Shown here in pieces: positions 1 through 9,435 of a stretch of DNA of 64,000 nt (position 1 is the stretch's first letter; every line of letters starts with the position of its first letter). Location of the stretch: contig CAYYWQ010000001.1 in NCBI GenBank assembly GCA_964474825.1, positions 549,609 to 613,608 on the forward strand, given 5' to 3'. The translations under genes and the position numbers were made by a program. Under the pieces are notes generated by a model. That model ran no database searches, was not told where the DNA came from, and saw only the letters and a list, made by a program, of their open reading frames with translations. This stretch comes from an uncultured Candidatus Saccharibacteria bacterium. Lineage in GTDB: Bacteria; Patescibacteriota; Doudnabacteria; UBA920.

Positions 1-1
1 T

Positions 2-934
2 ACAGACCCAATTAACGGAGACCCGAACATTTTAGTAATGTGCGAAGTGCTAAATGCTGACGGCACCCCGCATGTTACCAACACCCGTCATATTTTGGCC
101 AAGGTCGCGGACCAGTATCGTGAACACGACCCTTTGTTTGGCATTGAGCAGGAATACACGTTGTACCGTAAGGAATGGCCATTAGGCTGGCCTAAGGACG
201 GCTTTCCGCATCCACAAGGACGCTACTACTGCGGTGTTGGTCACGACGAAGTTCACGGCAGGCCACTTATAGAAGAACATTTACAAGCTTGCTTAGACGC
301 AGGCATTGGCATTTCCGGAATTAACGCGGAAGTTATGCCCGCTCAGTGGGAATTTCAAATTGGCACACTGGGACCCCTGCAAGTTTCCGACCAAGTATGG
401 TTGGCCCGCTGGCTGCTTTACCGCTTAGGCGAAGAGCATGAAGTTTATGCCAAGCTGGACCCAAAGCCCATGCCTGGAGACTGGAACGGCGCGGGTGGCC
501 ATACCAACTTTTCCACAAAGTCTATGCGTGAAGAAGGCGGCATGGAAGTTATTAAAAGAGCTTGCGAAAAACTGGGGCAATTCCACAAACAACACATTCA
601 GGTTTACGGCGCGGGTAATGACGAAAGATTAACCGGCAAACACGAAACCTGCAGCATCTACCAGTTCCGTTATGGAATAAGTGATAGAGGTGCTTCTATT
701 AGAATCCCTATGGCAACGGCTAACGCAGGCAAAGGCTACCTAGAAGACCGCCGCCCGGCCGCAAACTTAGACCCTTACCAAATTTGCACGGCCTTAATTG
801 AAACTACCTGCGGCGAAGGCTTTAACCCCGACAAATACGGCTGGAAAAACTTTGAGCTCGACGACCGCAAAAAAATTGAAGTCAAAACCGAAATGGTAGT
901 CCAGGCTCCAACCGCCCCGCTGCCGAGAATGTAA
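2..934 (+). CDS. glnA: Glutamine synthetase type II, 5'-truncated by the window edge
   Basis: Motifs FGIEQEY, NAEVMPAQWEFQIG, PKPMPGDWNGAGGHTNFST, RLTGKHET, DRGASIRIP and GYLEDRRPAAN; frame is open to the left edge. Confidence 0.93.
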   Translation, partial: TDPINGDPNILVMCEVLNADGTPHVTNTRHILAKVADQYREHDPLFGIEQEYTLYRKEWPLGWPKDGFPHPQGRYYCGVGHDEVHGRPLIEEHLQACLDAGIGISGINAEVMPAQWEFQIGTLGPLQVSDQVWLARWLLYRLGEEHEVYAKLDPKPMPGDWNGAGGHTNFSTKSMREEGGMEVIKRACEKLGQFHKQHIQVYGAGNDERLTGKHETCSIYQFRYGISDRGASIRIPMATANAGKGYLEDRRPAANLDPYQICTALIETTCGEGFNPDKYGWKNFELDDRKKIEVKTEMVVQAPTAPLPRM

Positions 935-952
935 TCAAGTAACGCTAAAAAA

Positions 953-978
953 TAAAGGCCCACGCAAGTGGGCCTTTA
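953..978. terminator. Bidirectional intrinsic terminator between glnA and proA
   Basis: Perfect hairpin TAAAGGCCCAC-GCAA-GTGGGCCTTTA between convergent genes. Confidence 0.8.
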
Positions 979-981
979 AAA

Positions 982-2232
982 TTATTTTCGTATTTGTCCG
1001 TTCCCCTCAACTATCCACTTGTAAGAAGTTAATGCCTCAAGTCCCATAGGCCCTCTGGCGTGGAGTTTTTGGGTGGAGATGCCGACTTCGGCGCCCATAC
1101 CGAATTCTCCACCGTCCGTAAAACGGGTGGAGGCGTTATGGTAAACCGCGGCTGCGTCTACTTCTTTAAGGAAAACTGTTGCGTGATGTTTATCATTCGT
1201 TAAGATCGATTCTGAATGTCCCGATGTGTGACCTTTAACAAATTCCAAACCTTCAGCAAAATTCTTAACTGTTTTTATGGACATTTTTAGGGACAAAAAT
1301 TCTTTGCCAAAATGTTCCGGCGCAGCTTTATGCAAGAGATTGGCTGGATAAATATTTTTAAGTTGGTCATAAGATTTAATATCCGCAAAAACTTCCACCC
1401 CGTATTCCGCCAAAGGAGCGGCTAAGGCAGGCAAAAGTTTTTTTAACATTTGCTGATTAATCACGAGCGTATCTAACGTATTACAAACCGCGGGAGCCTG
1501 GATTTTACTGGTTACAATTGTTTCTACTGACTTTTTAACGTCATAAACATCTACAAAAGTATGGCAAACGCCAGCGCCAGTTTCTATTACCGGCAAATGC
1601 GAATTTTGCCTAACCCATTCTATAAGCCCCTGGCTGCCGCGCGGAATTAAAACATCTACCAAGCCGTGGGCAGAAAGTAAGTCTTTCTTCCAGTCAGACT
1701 TTGGGTCTATTAAAAATACGGCGGCAGATGGTAATTTATGCTTATTTAAAACGCTGTGAATAAGCGACACAAAAACTTTATTCGTCTCAAACGCTTCCTT
1801 GCCGCCTTTAAGCACAATGGCGTTTCCGGTTTTAAGCGCTAGCACTGCTAAGTCCACAGTAACATTGGGACGGGACTCATAAATAACACCCACAACACCC
1901 AAAGGCACAGAAACTTTTTTTATGCTTAAACCGTTAGGCCGCTTTTTAGTTTCTAAAACCTCATTTAATGGGTCTGGCAATTTTACAACTTCGTTAATAG
2001 ATTTTATAATCCCGGCAATTTTTTTGGCGTTTAACACAAGTCTTTCTTTAACTGAAGCATCCCCCACAAAAGCTTTTAAATCTTTTTGGTTGGCAACTAA
2101 AATTTGACGCTGATTATTTTTTATTGCCAATGCAATATTGCGCAGTAGGCTATTACGATCCGCTGACGACAAAACCGCCAATTTAGAACCGGATTGTTTG
2201 GTTAATTTAAGTTGGGTTAACAAATTAGGCAT
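982..2232 (-). CDS. proA: Gamma-glutamyl phosphate reductase
   Basis: VPLGVVGVIYESRPNVT, IPRGS, NASTRFTDGGEFGMGAEVGISTQKLHARGPMGL. Confidence 0.96.
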   Translation of the reverse strand: MPNLLTQLKLTKQSGSKLAVLSSADRNSLLRNIALAIKNNQRQILVANQKDLKAFVGDASVKERLVLNAKKIAGIIKSINEVVKLPDPLNEVLETKKRPNGLSIKKVSVPLGVVGVIYESRPNVTVDLAVLALKTGNAIVLKGGKEAFETNKVFVSLIHSVLNKHKLPSAAVFLIDPKSDWKKDLLSAHGLVDVLIPRGSQGLIEWVRQNSHLPVIETGAGVCHTFVDVYDVKKSVETIVTSKIQAPAVCNTLDTLVINQQMLKKLLPALAAPLAEYGVEVFADIKSYDQLKNIYPANLLHKAAPEHFGKEFLSLKMSIKTVKNFAEGLEFVKGHTSGHSESILTNDKHHATVFLKEVDAAAVYHNASTRFTDGGEFGMGAEVGISTQKLHARGPMGLEALTSYKWIVEGNGQIRK

Positions 2233-2989
2233 TGCTTAACTCCCCGGCTCTTTTATGAGCTGCTAAAACTGCTTGATTTATAATTGCGGATAAATTCTTT
2301 TTTTGAAAAACCTTAAGCGCCGCGTCTGTGGTTCCTTTTTTTGAGCGTATTTTGCTTATCAGATCTTTATAATCTCCGGACTCTTGGAGCTTAGCGGCAG
2401 CGGACATGGTTTTTTGCACTAACATTTTGGCTTGGCTAGCGCTTAACCCAAGTTTTATACCTGCTGATAATAAAGAATCTGCTAAAAAGAAAAAATAAGC
2501 CGGGCCGCTGCCGGAAATAGCAGTAACCGCATCAATTAGTTTTTCATCACTAACTTCAAAATTCTCTGTAATTGCGTTAAGCAAAGGTTTTACGGATTTT
2601 TTATCCTGTGCCGACAAATTGCTTTTCCAAGCCGCAATCCCCTCGCCTACTGCCAAACCTAAATTGGGCATCATTCGAACAATTTTTTTGTGTCCAAACA
2701 AATTTGTAAGCTTGCTAATTCTAACACCTGCCGCAATGGATATAATAACAGTTTGTGGGCCAATTTTGGCCTTGATTTCATTGGTAAGCTGCACAATATC
2801 CTGCGGCTTAACTGCAACAATTACAATATCAGCCTTCTCTAAAGTTTTAAAATCAGGATCAAAAACCACGCCTGATACAGCGGTCTTTTTTTTATCTGTC
2901 GCAACTATCTTTGTTTTAAATTTTTTGGCAACTAAGGCTTTGGCTATAGCCTGCCCCATATTGCCAAAACCTAAAATATTTACCTGCAT
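2225..2989 (-). CDS. proC: Pyrroline-5-carboxylate reductase
   Basis: GFGNMG Rossmann motif, AVKPQ, SIAAG, RMMPN, TAISGSGPAY. Confidence 0.95.
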   Translation of the reverse strand: MQVNILGFGNMGQAIAKALVAKKFKTKIVATDKKKTAVSGVVFDPDFKTLEKADIVIVAVKPQDIVQLTNEIKAKIGPQTVIISIAAGVRISKLTNLFGHKKIVRMMPNLGLAVGEGIAAWKSNLSAQDKKSVKPLLNAITENFEVSDEKLIDAVTAISGSGPAYFFFLADSLLSAGIKLGLSASQAKMLVQKTMSAAAKLQESGDYKDLISKIRSKKGTTDAALKVFQKKNLSAIINQAVLAAHKRAGELSNA

Positions 2990-3021
2990 TATTTTACTAT
3001 TTACTAATAACTAAAGACTAA

Positions 3022-4101
3022 CTACTCTTTAAGCACCATCATATAATCACAATGTATAACTTCTTTTTCCAAAGCGCGCCCTTTTCCCAGGGCTTGTTTT
3101 ATGGACATGGCGCCTTGAATGTCTTTTTGACTGTAATTGCTTTTACCGTAAGCCACGGCCAGGCCGGTTTTACCAATAACTTCTACAATTTCGCCTTTGT
3201 CAAACATGCCGCGGGAAGAAATAATACCTGGAAACAAAAGGCTTTTATTACTCCTCAAAGCTTTAGCCGCGCCGTCGTCTATTACAAGCTGGCCAAAACC
3301 TTTAGAAGCCAATAACCAGCGTTTTTGCTCGCTCATGTCCTTAGGAACTGCAGCCGCGAACCTTGTCCCCGGGTGATCTTTTGTCAGGGCTTTCAATATA
3401 ATATCTTTTTCTCGTCCGTCTACAATTAAAGTTTCCACTCCGCCGTGAACCGCGTGTTTGGCCGCGCGGATCTTGCTTAGCATGCCTCCCCGTCCGCCGC
3501 TGGACTTGGTACCGCTGCACATTCTTTCCAGCTCAAAATCAACATTTTTTACTTCCTTTATAAGTTCAGCATTTTTGTCCACACTAGGGTCTGCGGTAAA
3601 AAACCCTTTCTGGCTGGTTAAAATTAAAAGCTTGTCTGCCCCTGTTGCAACGGCTACCATTGCGGCCAACTGGTCGTTGTCGCCTGTTACTAAATCCGCC
3701 TTAGAAATTACGTCGTTGCCGTTTATAACCGGCAAAACTCCGGCCTTAAGCATGCTATTTAAAACCGCAACTAAATTAGTATAACGCTCACGGTCCGTAA
3801 GCTCACTGCGCAAAATTAACAACTGCCCCACATCCGCCCCAAATTCGCCCGCGTATTTTCCATAAAACTGCATTAAATACGGCTGGCCTACCGCGGCCCA
3901 AATTTGCTTGTCTTCTACAGAGTCCAGCTTAGGCAATTTTTCCCGGCCAAAGCCAACCGCGCCGCTGCTAACCAAAATTATTTCATGGCCGGCTTTACGC
4001 AATTCAAAAATTTCCGCGATTAAATTTTTAATCACGGAAGGCTGGATGACATTAGTGTCGTTACTCAAAACATTTGTGGCAACTTTTACAACAATTCTCA
4101 T
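3022..4101 (-). CDS. proB: Glutamate 5-kinase with PUA domain
   Basis: IVVKV, VSSGAV, AAVGQ, GDNDQLAA, GGMLSKI; C-terminal PUA segment (DDGAAKAL...SLLFPGI). Confidence 0.95.
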   Translation of the reverse strand: MRIVVKVATNVLSNDTNVIQPSVIKNLIAEIFELRKAGHEIILVSSGAVGFGREKLPKLDSVEDKQIWAAVGQPYLMQFYGKYAGEFGADVGQLLILRSELTDRERYTNLVAVLNSMLKAGVLPVINGNDVISKADLVTGDNDQLAAMVAVATGADKLLILTSQKGFFTADPSVDKNAELIKEVKNVDFELERMCSGTKSSGGRGGMLSKIRAAKHAVHGGVETLIVDGREKDIILKALTKDHPGTRFAAAVPKDMSEQKRWLLASKGFGQLVIDDGAAKALRSNKSLLFPGIISSRGMFDKGEIVEVIGKTGLAVAYGKSNYSQKDIQGAMSIKQALGKGRALEKEVIHCDYMMVLKE

Positions 4102-4166
4102 AAATCAAAATCTAAAACTTGTAATCCCTCGTGACCACGATCTATTAATGTCCGATAAATTTAGAG

Positions 4167-4535
4167 TTAGGCGCGGCCATAATCATCACTCAAGCGTTCA
4201 ATGTCCTGCTCATCGTAGTGTCCGGTTTGTGACTCTATAAAAATTAATTCTGTTTTGCCTTTATTTATTACGCGGTGCTTGTCGCCAATTTTAATGTCTA
4301 CAAAACTGCCCACGCTTACGGGAATTTCTTTGTCATTTAATACAACGACGCCCTCACCTTGAACAACAAACCAGTGTTCATTGCGTTGCTTGTGGGTTTG
4401 GTAAGACAATTTTTGTCCCGGATTAACCGTAATTTTTTTAACGCAAACGTCTAAAAAACCGGGCTCATTTACCGGAAATTGGCTTAAAATTTCATATTCG
4501 CCCCATGGGCGCTGCTCTTTATAATGCTCACTCAT
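4167..4535 (-). CDS. Cupin protein, mannose-6-phosphate isomerase type II C-terminal-like
   Basis: RPWG, LSYQTHKQRNEHW, EQDIERLSDDYGR; start moved to MSEHY. Confidence 0.85.
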   Translation of the reverse strand: MSEHYKEQRPWGEYEILSQFPVNEPGFLDVCVKKITVNPGQKLSYQTHKQRNEHWFVVQGEGVVVLNDKEIPVSVGSFVDIKIGDKHRVINKGKTELIFIESQTGHYDEQDIERLSDDYGRA

Positions 4536-4667
4536 AATGCCTTTATTATAACAAAAACCGGCGAAAAAATTAAGAGCCTTGCCAAGCAATGGTTATTAAC
4601 CCTGCTCATGCGGTTTACTTTAATTGCCCCAGCATTTAAACTACTGTAACTTGCCCAAGGAGGCAAA

Positions 4668-5030
4668 ATGAAGACATCGCATTTGATTCTTACCCTTCAC
4701 TACGTGTGCCTGCTCACGGTTGTGAGTACCTGCTCATCGACATACTGGATTGCAAAAGCCGACCCAATTTTCTACCGCCGGGGAATGTTCCCGGTTTTGA
4801 TGCTAATTGCCGCACTAACCCTGCTGTCCTGGCCGGTCTTTGGCGGTTGCCCTCTAACCAAGTGGGAAAACAAGCACATAGCGGCAGAGGGCGGCGTACC
4901 TTACAAAGGATCGTGCATGGTCTACCGGCTAAATTCGTGGACTGGGCGGCAAGTTAACCCGCTATTCATCCACGTCCTGCTGGTGACGGACATGATTGTC
5001 ATACCGGTGACGGTATTTTTCTTAGAGTGA
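4668..5030 (+). CDS. Membrane protein, DUF2784-like
   Basis: CPLTKWE motif, hydrophobic helices, AAGGAGG RBS, terminator at 5025-5056. Confidence 0.65.
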   Translation: MKTSHLILTLHYVCLLTVVSTCSSTYWIAKADPIFYRRGMFPVLMLIAALTLLSWPVFGGCPLTKWENKHIAAEGGVPYKGSCMVYRLNSWTGRQVNPLFIHVLLVTDMIVIPVTVFFLE

Positions 5031-5082
5031 CCCGTAGTTTAGGGTCACTCTTTTTGTATGCCAGGTAAAATAATTTTTATAT

Positions 5083-5964
5083 TTAAGATTTCTTATTTCC
5101 CCCGGTAAGCAACCCAACACCGAAACCAATGGGGACTAACGCTAGCAGTTGCCAAATTTGCGGCTGTTCTTTTAGTATCCAGTAGGAAAAAATTAAAGTA
5201 AACAATGGGGCCACGCTGGCTAAGGCATTGGCCTTAGTAACGGAAATACGGTGGATGCCTTCCATCCAGAAAATTTTAGAAAGGCCCAAAAGCAAAATTC
5301 CGTTTATGGCTAAAAACCAAAAAGATTTTACAAAACCGTTAAAATCCGCACCAGCTTTTAAAATTGCGGCTAAAATAAAAAATACAGGTATGGCTACGAG
5401 GCTGCGTAAAAATAAAATGGTTTCGCTGCTAACAAATTTACGCAGTTTCTGCTGGTAGTAATTTCCCACAGGGGGGCAGGCCACTGCCAACAAAATTAGA
5501 ATATCTCCCCTGTTAAAGTTTAACCCGTGTTTAGGGAACAAAATTATCAAGGCTCCAACCAACATTAAAGCCGCGCCCAAAGTGTGGCCTACGGAAAAAT
5601 ACTCCTTCTTCCAAATATTGAAAAACAAATAGCTAAAAAACAGTTCCATTAAAGCAATAATAGAAGCGTTGCCGGCCGTGGTATATTGCAAGCCGGTAAA
5701 AAAGAAACCATAAAAAAGTATGGTAATAAAAAAAGCTATAACCGGAATATATAGCCAAACTTTGGGATGAAAAATTTCCTTGGTCTTTTTTCTAAAAATA
5801 ATAATTGCGCCAAAAAATAGAACCGCAAAAATACTACTATAAGCCAAAGACAAAATTGGGGGTAAGGACTGGTAAGATAAAATTGTAATAATTGGGAAAA
5901 AAGCCCAAATAACTGCCTCCCCAAAAATTGCCAACTCCCCTTTTCTACTTTCGCTAATTTTCAT
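5083..5964 (-). CDS. DMT/EamA family transporter
   Basis: About 10 TM helices in two repeats; GLQYTTAGNASII. Confidence 0.85.
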   Translation of the reverse strand: MKISESRKGELAIFGEAVIWAFFPIITILSYQSLPPILSLAYSSIFAVLFFGAIIIFRKKTKEIFHPKVWLYIPVIAFFITILFYGFFFTGLQYTTAGNASIIALMELFFSYLFFNIWKKEYFSVGHTLGAALMLVGALIILFPKHGLNFNRGDILILLAVACPPVGNYYQQKLRKFVSSETILFLRSLVAIPVFFILAAILKAGADFNGFVKSFWFLAINGILLLGLSKIFWMEGIHRISVTKANALASVAPLFTLIFSYWILKEQPQIWQLLALVPIGFGVGLLTGGNKKS

Positions 5965-6005
5965 TTATAAAGTATAACAAAAAACCGCCCGCTGGGCGAT
6001 TTTCT

Positions 6006-6218
6006 CTACTTAAAACTTTTTAATTTGTCCGCCAAATCATCTAATATTCTTTTTCGTATCTCCTCCCCAATCATTTGGCAATGCTCGCAAACCTTTAAGT
6101 GGTTAGTTATTTGCAAATCCCCCTCCACAGCATCATTTGTCGCAAAATAAGCCTTTAGCATTTCAGCAGATGGATGTTCTTTATATTCTTCATTAAGCTC
6201 TGTTCCTGTTTCAGACAT
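6006..6218 (-). CDS. Small protein with zf-HC2 (ZAS-type) zinc motif
   Basis: HP...HLKVCEHC (H-x3-C-x2-C); start moved to MSETG because the longer ORF overlaps the tRNA. Confidence 0.6.
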   Translation of the reverse strand: MSETGTELNEEYKEHPSAEMLKAYFATNDAVEGDLQITNHLKVCEHCQMIGEEIRKRILDDLADKLKSFK

Positions 6219-6232
6219 TTCTCTAATTTTTC

Positions 6233-6307
6233 TGGCTGGGGCGGTAGGATTCGAACCTACGAATGGGGGCTTCAAAGGCCCCTGCCTTACCGCTTGGCGA
6301 CGCCCCA
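6233..6307 (-). tRNA. tRNA-Gln(TTG)
   Basis: TGGGGCGTCGCCAAGCGGTAAGGCAGGGGCCTTTGAAGCCCCCATTCGTAGGTTCGAATCCTACCGCCCCAGCCA: cloverleaf, TTG anticodon, encoded CCA. Confidence 0.96.
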
Positions 6308-6527
6308 AAGCGATATTATCTCTGCTTATTCTACCAAAAAGCCTGATTTTTATCAATCCTTAAAAATATCTTAAAATCGCCGTTACCCCGGTTCTTTGAT
6401 ATAATGGTTGCAATGGTCATCTTGGTGCATGACTCAAAACTTTAAGAATTAGAGCAAGCTATTCATATAACACAGAAGAATTAAGACATAAAATTTTGCA
6501 GCAACTGCTTTAGAAAATTTTAAACTT

Positions 6528-7337
6528 ATGGAAAATAATAGCACACATTTTGTGTTTGATGGAAAAAATATCGTAATATCTCCAGACCTACATCTGATTA
6601 TCATTTTTTTACAAGAAATTGAAAAAGAAATTGAAAGCTTTTTGGGCTTTGACAAACAATTAGAATCTATAAGAAAGCAATACCTTGAAACAATAAATTT
6701 TGTACAATTCCTTGCTGATAAACTTAAAGAAAATTCTATTAATTTTAATTATACACTTTCAGAATCGCCAGAAAAAATTGGAGAAAAACTAAAGATTGAC
6801 AGACCAATCCGCTCAGAGATGATTGTTTTATTTGCCTACTTGGAAGTATTATTTCGTTTTAACTGTGCTTATGAAAACAAAACGTTTGATGATAATGAAA
6901 TTAGAAAATTGGCAATGAATCAGGATATAACGAAAACATTTATAAAAAATTTTTGTTTAAATCCTAAAAATGAATGGGGGAAAAATAACCCAGATAGACT
7001 TAAACACATCACTGTAGATAATTTAAGAAGGCTTAGAAACTCTCTGACACATTTTTTTTCAGTAAATAGCGGGCTATCTGTGGTTCATTCTCAAGCCGAC
7101 GAAAAGGCAAGAAAATTAGAGGAGGCGACGCATTTTAAAGCAGTATTTATTTCACCAGAAGATTTATATGGAATTATAAAAGGAGTAGCTAAATTAATGA
7201 TTGAAGAATGGAGTGATGATTGTAAAAAGTGCATTGTCGAAAACTCGGATGATTTTAAAGAAAAAATTTTGTGTATAAAAAATTTAGTTAATAACACTGG
7301 TTCCATAGTAATAAAGAATGGGGAAATTAATATATAA
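6528..7337 (+). CDS. AT-rich hypothetical protein with HEPN-like Rx4H motif
   Basis: LRRLRNSLTHF in a helical context. Confidence 0.55.
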   Translation: MENNSTHFVFDGKNIVISPDLHLIIIFLQEIEKEIESFLGFDKQLESIRKQYLETINFVQFLADKLKENSINFNYTLSESPEKIGEKLKIDRPIRSEMIVLFAYLEVLFRFNCAYENKTFDDNEIRKLAMNQDITKTFIKNFCLNPKNEWGKNNPDRLKHITVDNLRRLRNSLTHFFSVNSGLSVVHSQADEKARKLEEATHFKAVFISPEDLYGIIKGVAKLMIEEWSDDCKKCIVENSDDFKEKILCIKNLVNNTGSIVIKNGEINI

Positions 7338-7348
7338 GAATATCTATT

Positions 7349-7996
7349 ATGAAAATAAAAAAAATACTATTTCCGTTCTTAAAATATAACTCATTCTTGA
7401 AAGATAAATGGTGGCACAGGCTTTTTGTAGTTTTTTATAACATTACGGTTGTGGCCTTTTTAATTGTAGCATTTTTTGTTGCCTATTCTAGCATAAGTGA
7501 AACTCCTTTTAACACAAAGATAATAAACAACTTACGAGATTTTTCCAAAAACTCTGATAAGTCAATGGCTAATACCGTGCCGTCATTCTTAAAGCAGGGA
7601 CAAAAGATAGGTTGTTTCGAAGATGGAAAATATAATTATGTATCAACTTATTCATTACAACATGAAACTTTTTGTAGCTCAGACTTATCAAGCCACCTTG
7701 ATGAAGCGGCTCAAGTAATTATGGGGGACGACTCGCTTACATTTGAAAGACGCAAAGAGGCTCTTTCGGAGGCATTGACTAATGACAAGGAAAAAAGATA
7801 CTGTTTTATTAGAAAACAAGGCGTCGATTGTTTATCCAATAATATTATTTCTTACAACAAAAACATTATATTTTATTTACAAGTTATTGCTTCTTCCTTT
7901 TTGACAGCTTATTTATTTTCATTGTTTTTACAACTTTTATATTTTAAAGGTCTAATTTATATAATTTACGGGAAAAAACCGCAGTTGGACAATTAG
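7349..7996 (+). CDS. AT-rich membrane protein (2 TM, Cys-containing loop)
   Basis: N- and C-terminal hydrophobic helices; WWHRL motif; 11 bp after the previous gene. Confidence 0.65.
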   Translation: MKIKKILFPFLKYNSFLKDKWWHRLFVVFYNITVVAFLIVAFFVAYSSISETPFNTKIINNLRDFSKNSDKSMANTVPSFLKQGQKIGCFEDGKYNYVSTYSLQHETFCSSDLSSHLDEAAQVIMGDDSLTFERRKEALSEALTNDKEKRYCFIRKQGVDCLSNNIISYNKNIIFYLQVIASSFLTAYLFSLFLQLLYFKGLIYIIYGKKPQLDN

Positions 7997-8065
7997 GCCA
8001 TTTGGACGATTTTTGTTACAAAATTTTCCCACAAGGACAGCCAAAAAATATTTATTTGCAATTAC

Positions 8066-8094
8066 AAAAGACCAGCCAAGTGGCTGGTCTTTTT
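8066..8094. terminator. Bidirectional intrinsic terminator
   Basis: AAAAGACCAGCCA-AG-TGGCTGGTCTTTTT. Confidence 0.8.
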
Positions 8095-8100
8095 AAATAT

Positions 8101-8649
8101 TTAATTAAATTGGTACATTCTTTCTGAAACTTGCTTTAGTCTTTTGCGGGCGCGGTATTGCAGGACTCTTACGGCTAAGGTGTTTTTATTTAAGACTTTG
8201 GCTACTTCGCCTACGGAAAGTTGTTTAAAGAACCTAAGCTCAAGCACTTTCCTGTAACGCGCGGAAAGATATTTAAAACAGGAGCGGGCGGTTTCCAGGT
8301 CTGACTCTGTTTGCATGGTCTTTTGCAAAGACTTGTTGTCAGGCAAGTCAAACCCTTCGTCTATGCTTATTACGTCCGGCCGGCTGTATTTTTTGCGGAG
8401 CTGGTCGTTAATGGCGTTGTTGGCAATAGTGTAAAGCCAGCCGCTAAAATTTATTTCCCCGGGGCGTAAATACGGCAGGGCTTTATAGCTCTTAATAAAA
8501 ACTTCCTGCAACACGTCTTCCGCGTCCTGGTAATTTTGGATTTTTTTTCTAATATGGAAAAAAATCCTTTTGGCGAAAGAGTTGTACAGTTCTTCAAAGG
8601 CAGCCAAGTCGCCGTTTTTTGCTAAAAGCGCAAGTTGGTTAGTTTCCAT
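8101..8649 (-). CDS. ECF RNA polymerase sigma factor
   Basis: GDLAAFEELY, DAEDVLQEVF, FSGWLYTIANN, region-4 HTH (LSVGEVAKVL...VRVLQYRA). Confidence 0.92.
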   Translation of the reverse strand: METNQLALLAKNGDLAAFEELYNSFAKRIFFHIRKKIQNYQDAEDVLQEVFIKSYKALPYLRPGEINFSGWLYTIANNAINDQLRKKYSRPDVISIDEGFDLPDNKSLQKTMQTESDLETARSCFKYLSARYRKVLELRFFKQLSVGEVAKVLNKNTLAVRVLQYRARKRLKQVSERMYQFN

Positions 8650-8685
8650 AATTGTTATGTTAATTATATTTATTTCTAATATTGC

Positions 8686-9096
8686 TTAAGCGGCCATTTG
8701 CCGCAGTTTGGACGGCTTTAATTTTTCCCTGACTTCCAAAACCACTTGTTCAAAATTCCAATCCTCATGAAGATAAAAATCCCTTAAGGGCTCTTCTTTG
8801 GAGTCTTTGGGGTCAGGAAGCCCGGAACCAAGCCAGCTGCTTAAAAACATAACCGGCACGGTTTGGCCCCATTTGTTTTCCCGGAGCCTCTTAATTAAAG
8901 TTAAGCCGTCGGAGTTGGGCATTACCAGGTCCACGACCAATAAATCCGGATGCCACCGCAGGGCTAAATTTAAGGCGTTCGCACCATCCGCCGCGGTTAA
9001 GACGTTTAAGCCTTCTCTCCTAAAAATTTCCGCCCAGGCTTTGAGCAAAGATTTTTCGTCTTCTACCACTAAAACAGTTGGTGTATGTTGCTGCAT
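8686..9096 (-). CDS. Single-domain response regulator (receiver)
   Basis: VLVVEDE, PDLLVVDLVMP, DG; C-terminal KP motif degenerate. Confidence 0.85.
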   Translation of the reverse strand: MQQHTPTVLVVEDEKSLLKAWAEIFRREGLNVLTAADGANALNLALRWHPDLLVVDLVMPNSDGLTLIKRLRENKWGQTVPVMFLSSWLGSGLPDPKDSKEEPLRDFYLHEDWNFEQVVLEVREKLKPSKLRQMAA

Positions 9097-9110
9097 AGTT
9101 TATTCCTTCT

Positions 9111-9276
9111 CAGGACTTACCCACCGCCGCCTCTTGAACTGGCGAAGCCAGTCCTTCAAGGCGGCTCTGGCCAATTGCTTCGTTATTTTGTTCCGGTTTT
9201 ACTCGCCGTAGCCTGGCTACGCCTCGTAAAATCCTCACAAAATGCCTCGCACTTGGCGGAAGTAGTGTAAGCCCTG
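9111..9276. mobile_element. MITE-like palindromic element with terminal inverted repeats
   Basis: CAGGACTTACCCACC ... GTAGTGTAAGCCCTG ends; internal hairpins. Confidence 0.55.
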
Positions 9277-9289
9277 TTTATTTATAATG

Positions 9290-9425
9290 AAAAAAAACCG
9301 AACAAAAAACTTTTGTCCGGTTTCGCCATTGGCCTCTCCCGCCATAATTTTAAAAATTATGCGCGGGCCAGCTGCGATTGTAAGGCGACCAAATAATAAA
9401 TCGCAGATTGTAGGCCTACTAAATT
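9290..9425 (-). ncRNA. Candidate riboswitch copy 1 (c-di-GMP-II-like) with overlapping terminator
   Basis: Helices GGCCU/AGGCC and CUGCGAUU/AAUCGCAG; loop UUUGGUCGCCUU pairs with UGGCGA-AACCG; terminator ACCGGACAAAA/UUUUGUUCGGU followed by a U tract; second copy at 13165-13300. Confidence 0.65.
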
Positions 9426-9435
9426 TAGTTAAATT

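Noticed and set aside
6006-6356. 116-aa ORF as given in the track
   Set aside because: Its 5' half runs through tRNA-Gln; the real start is probably 6218
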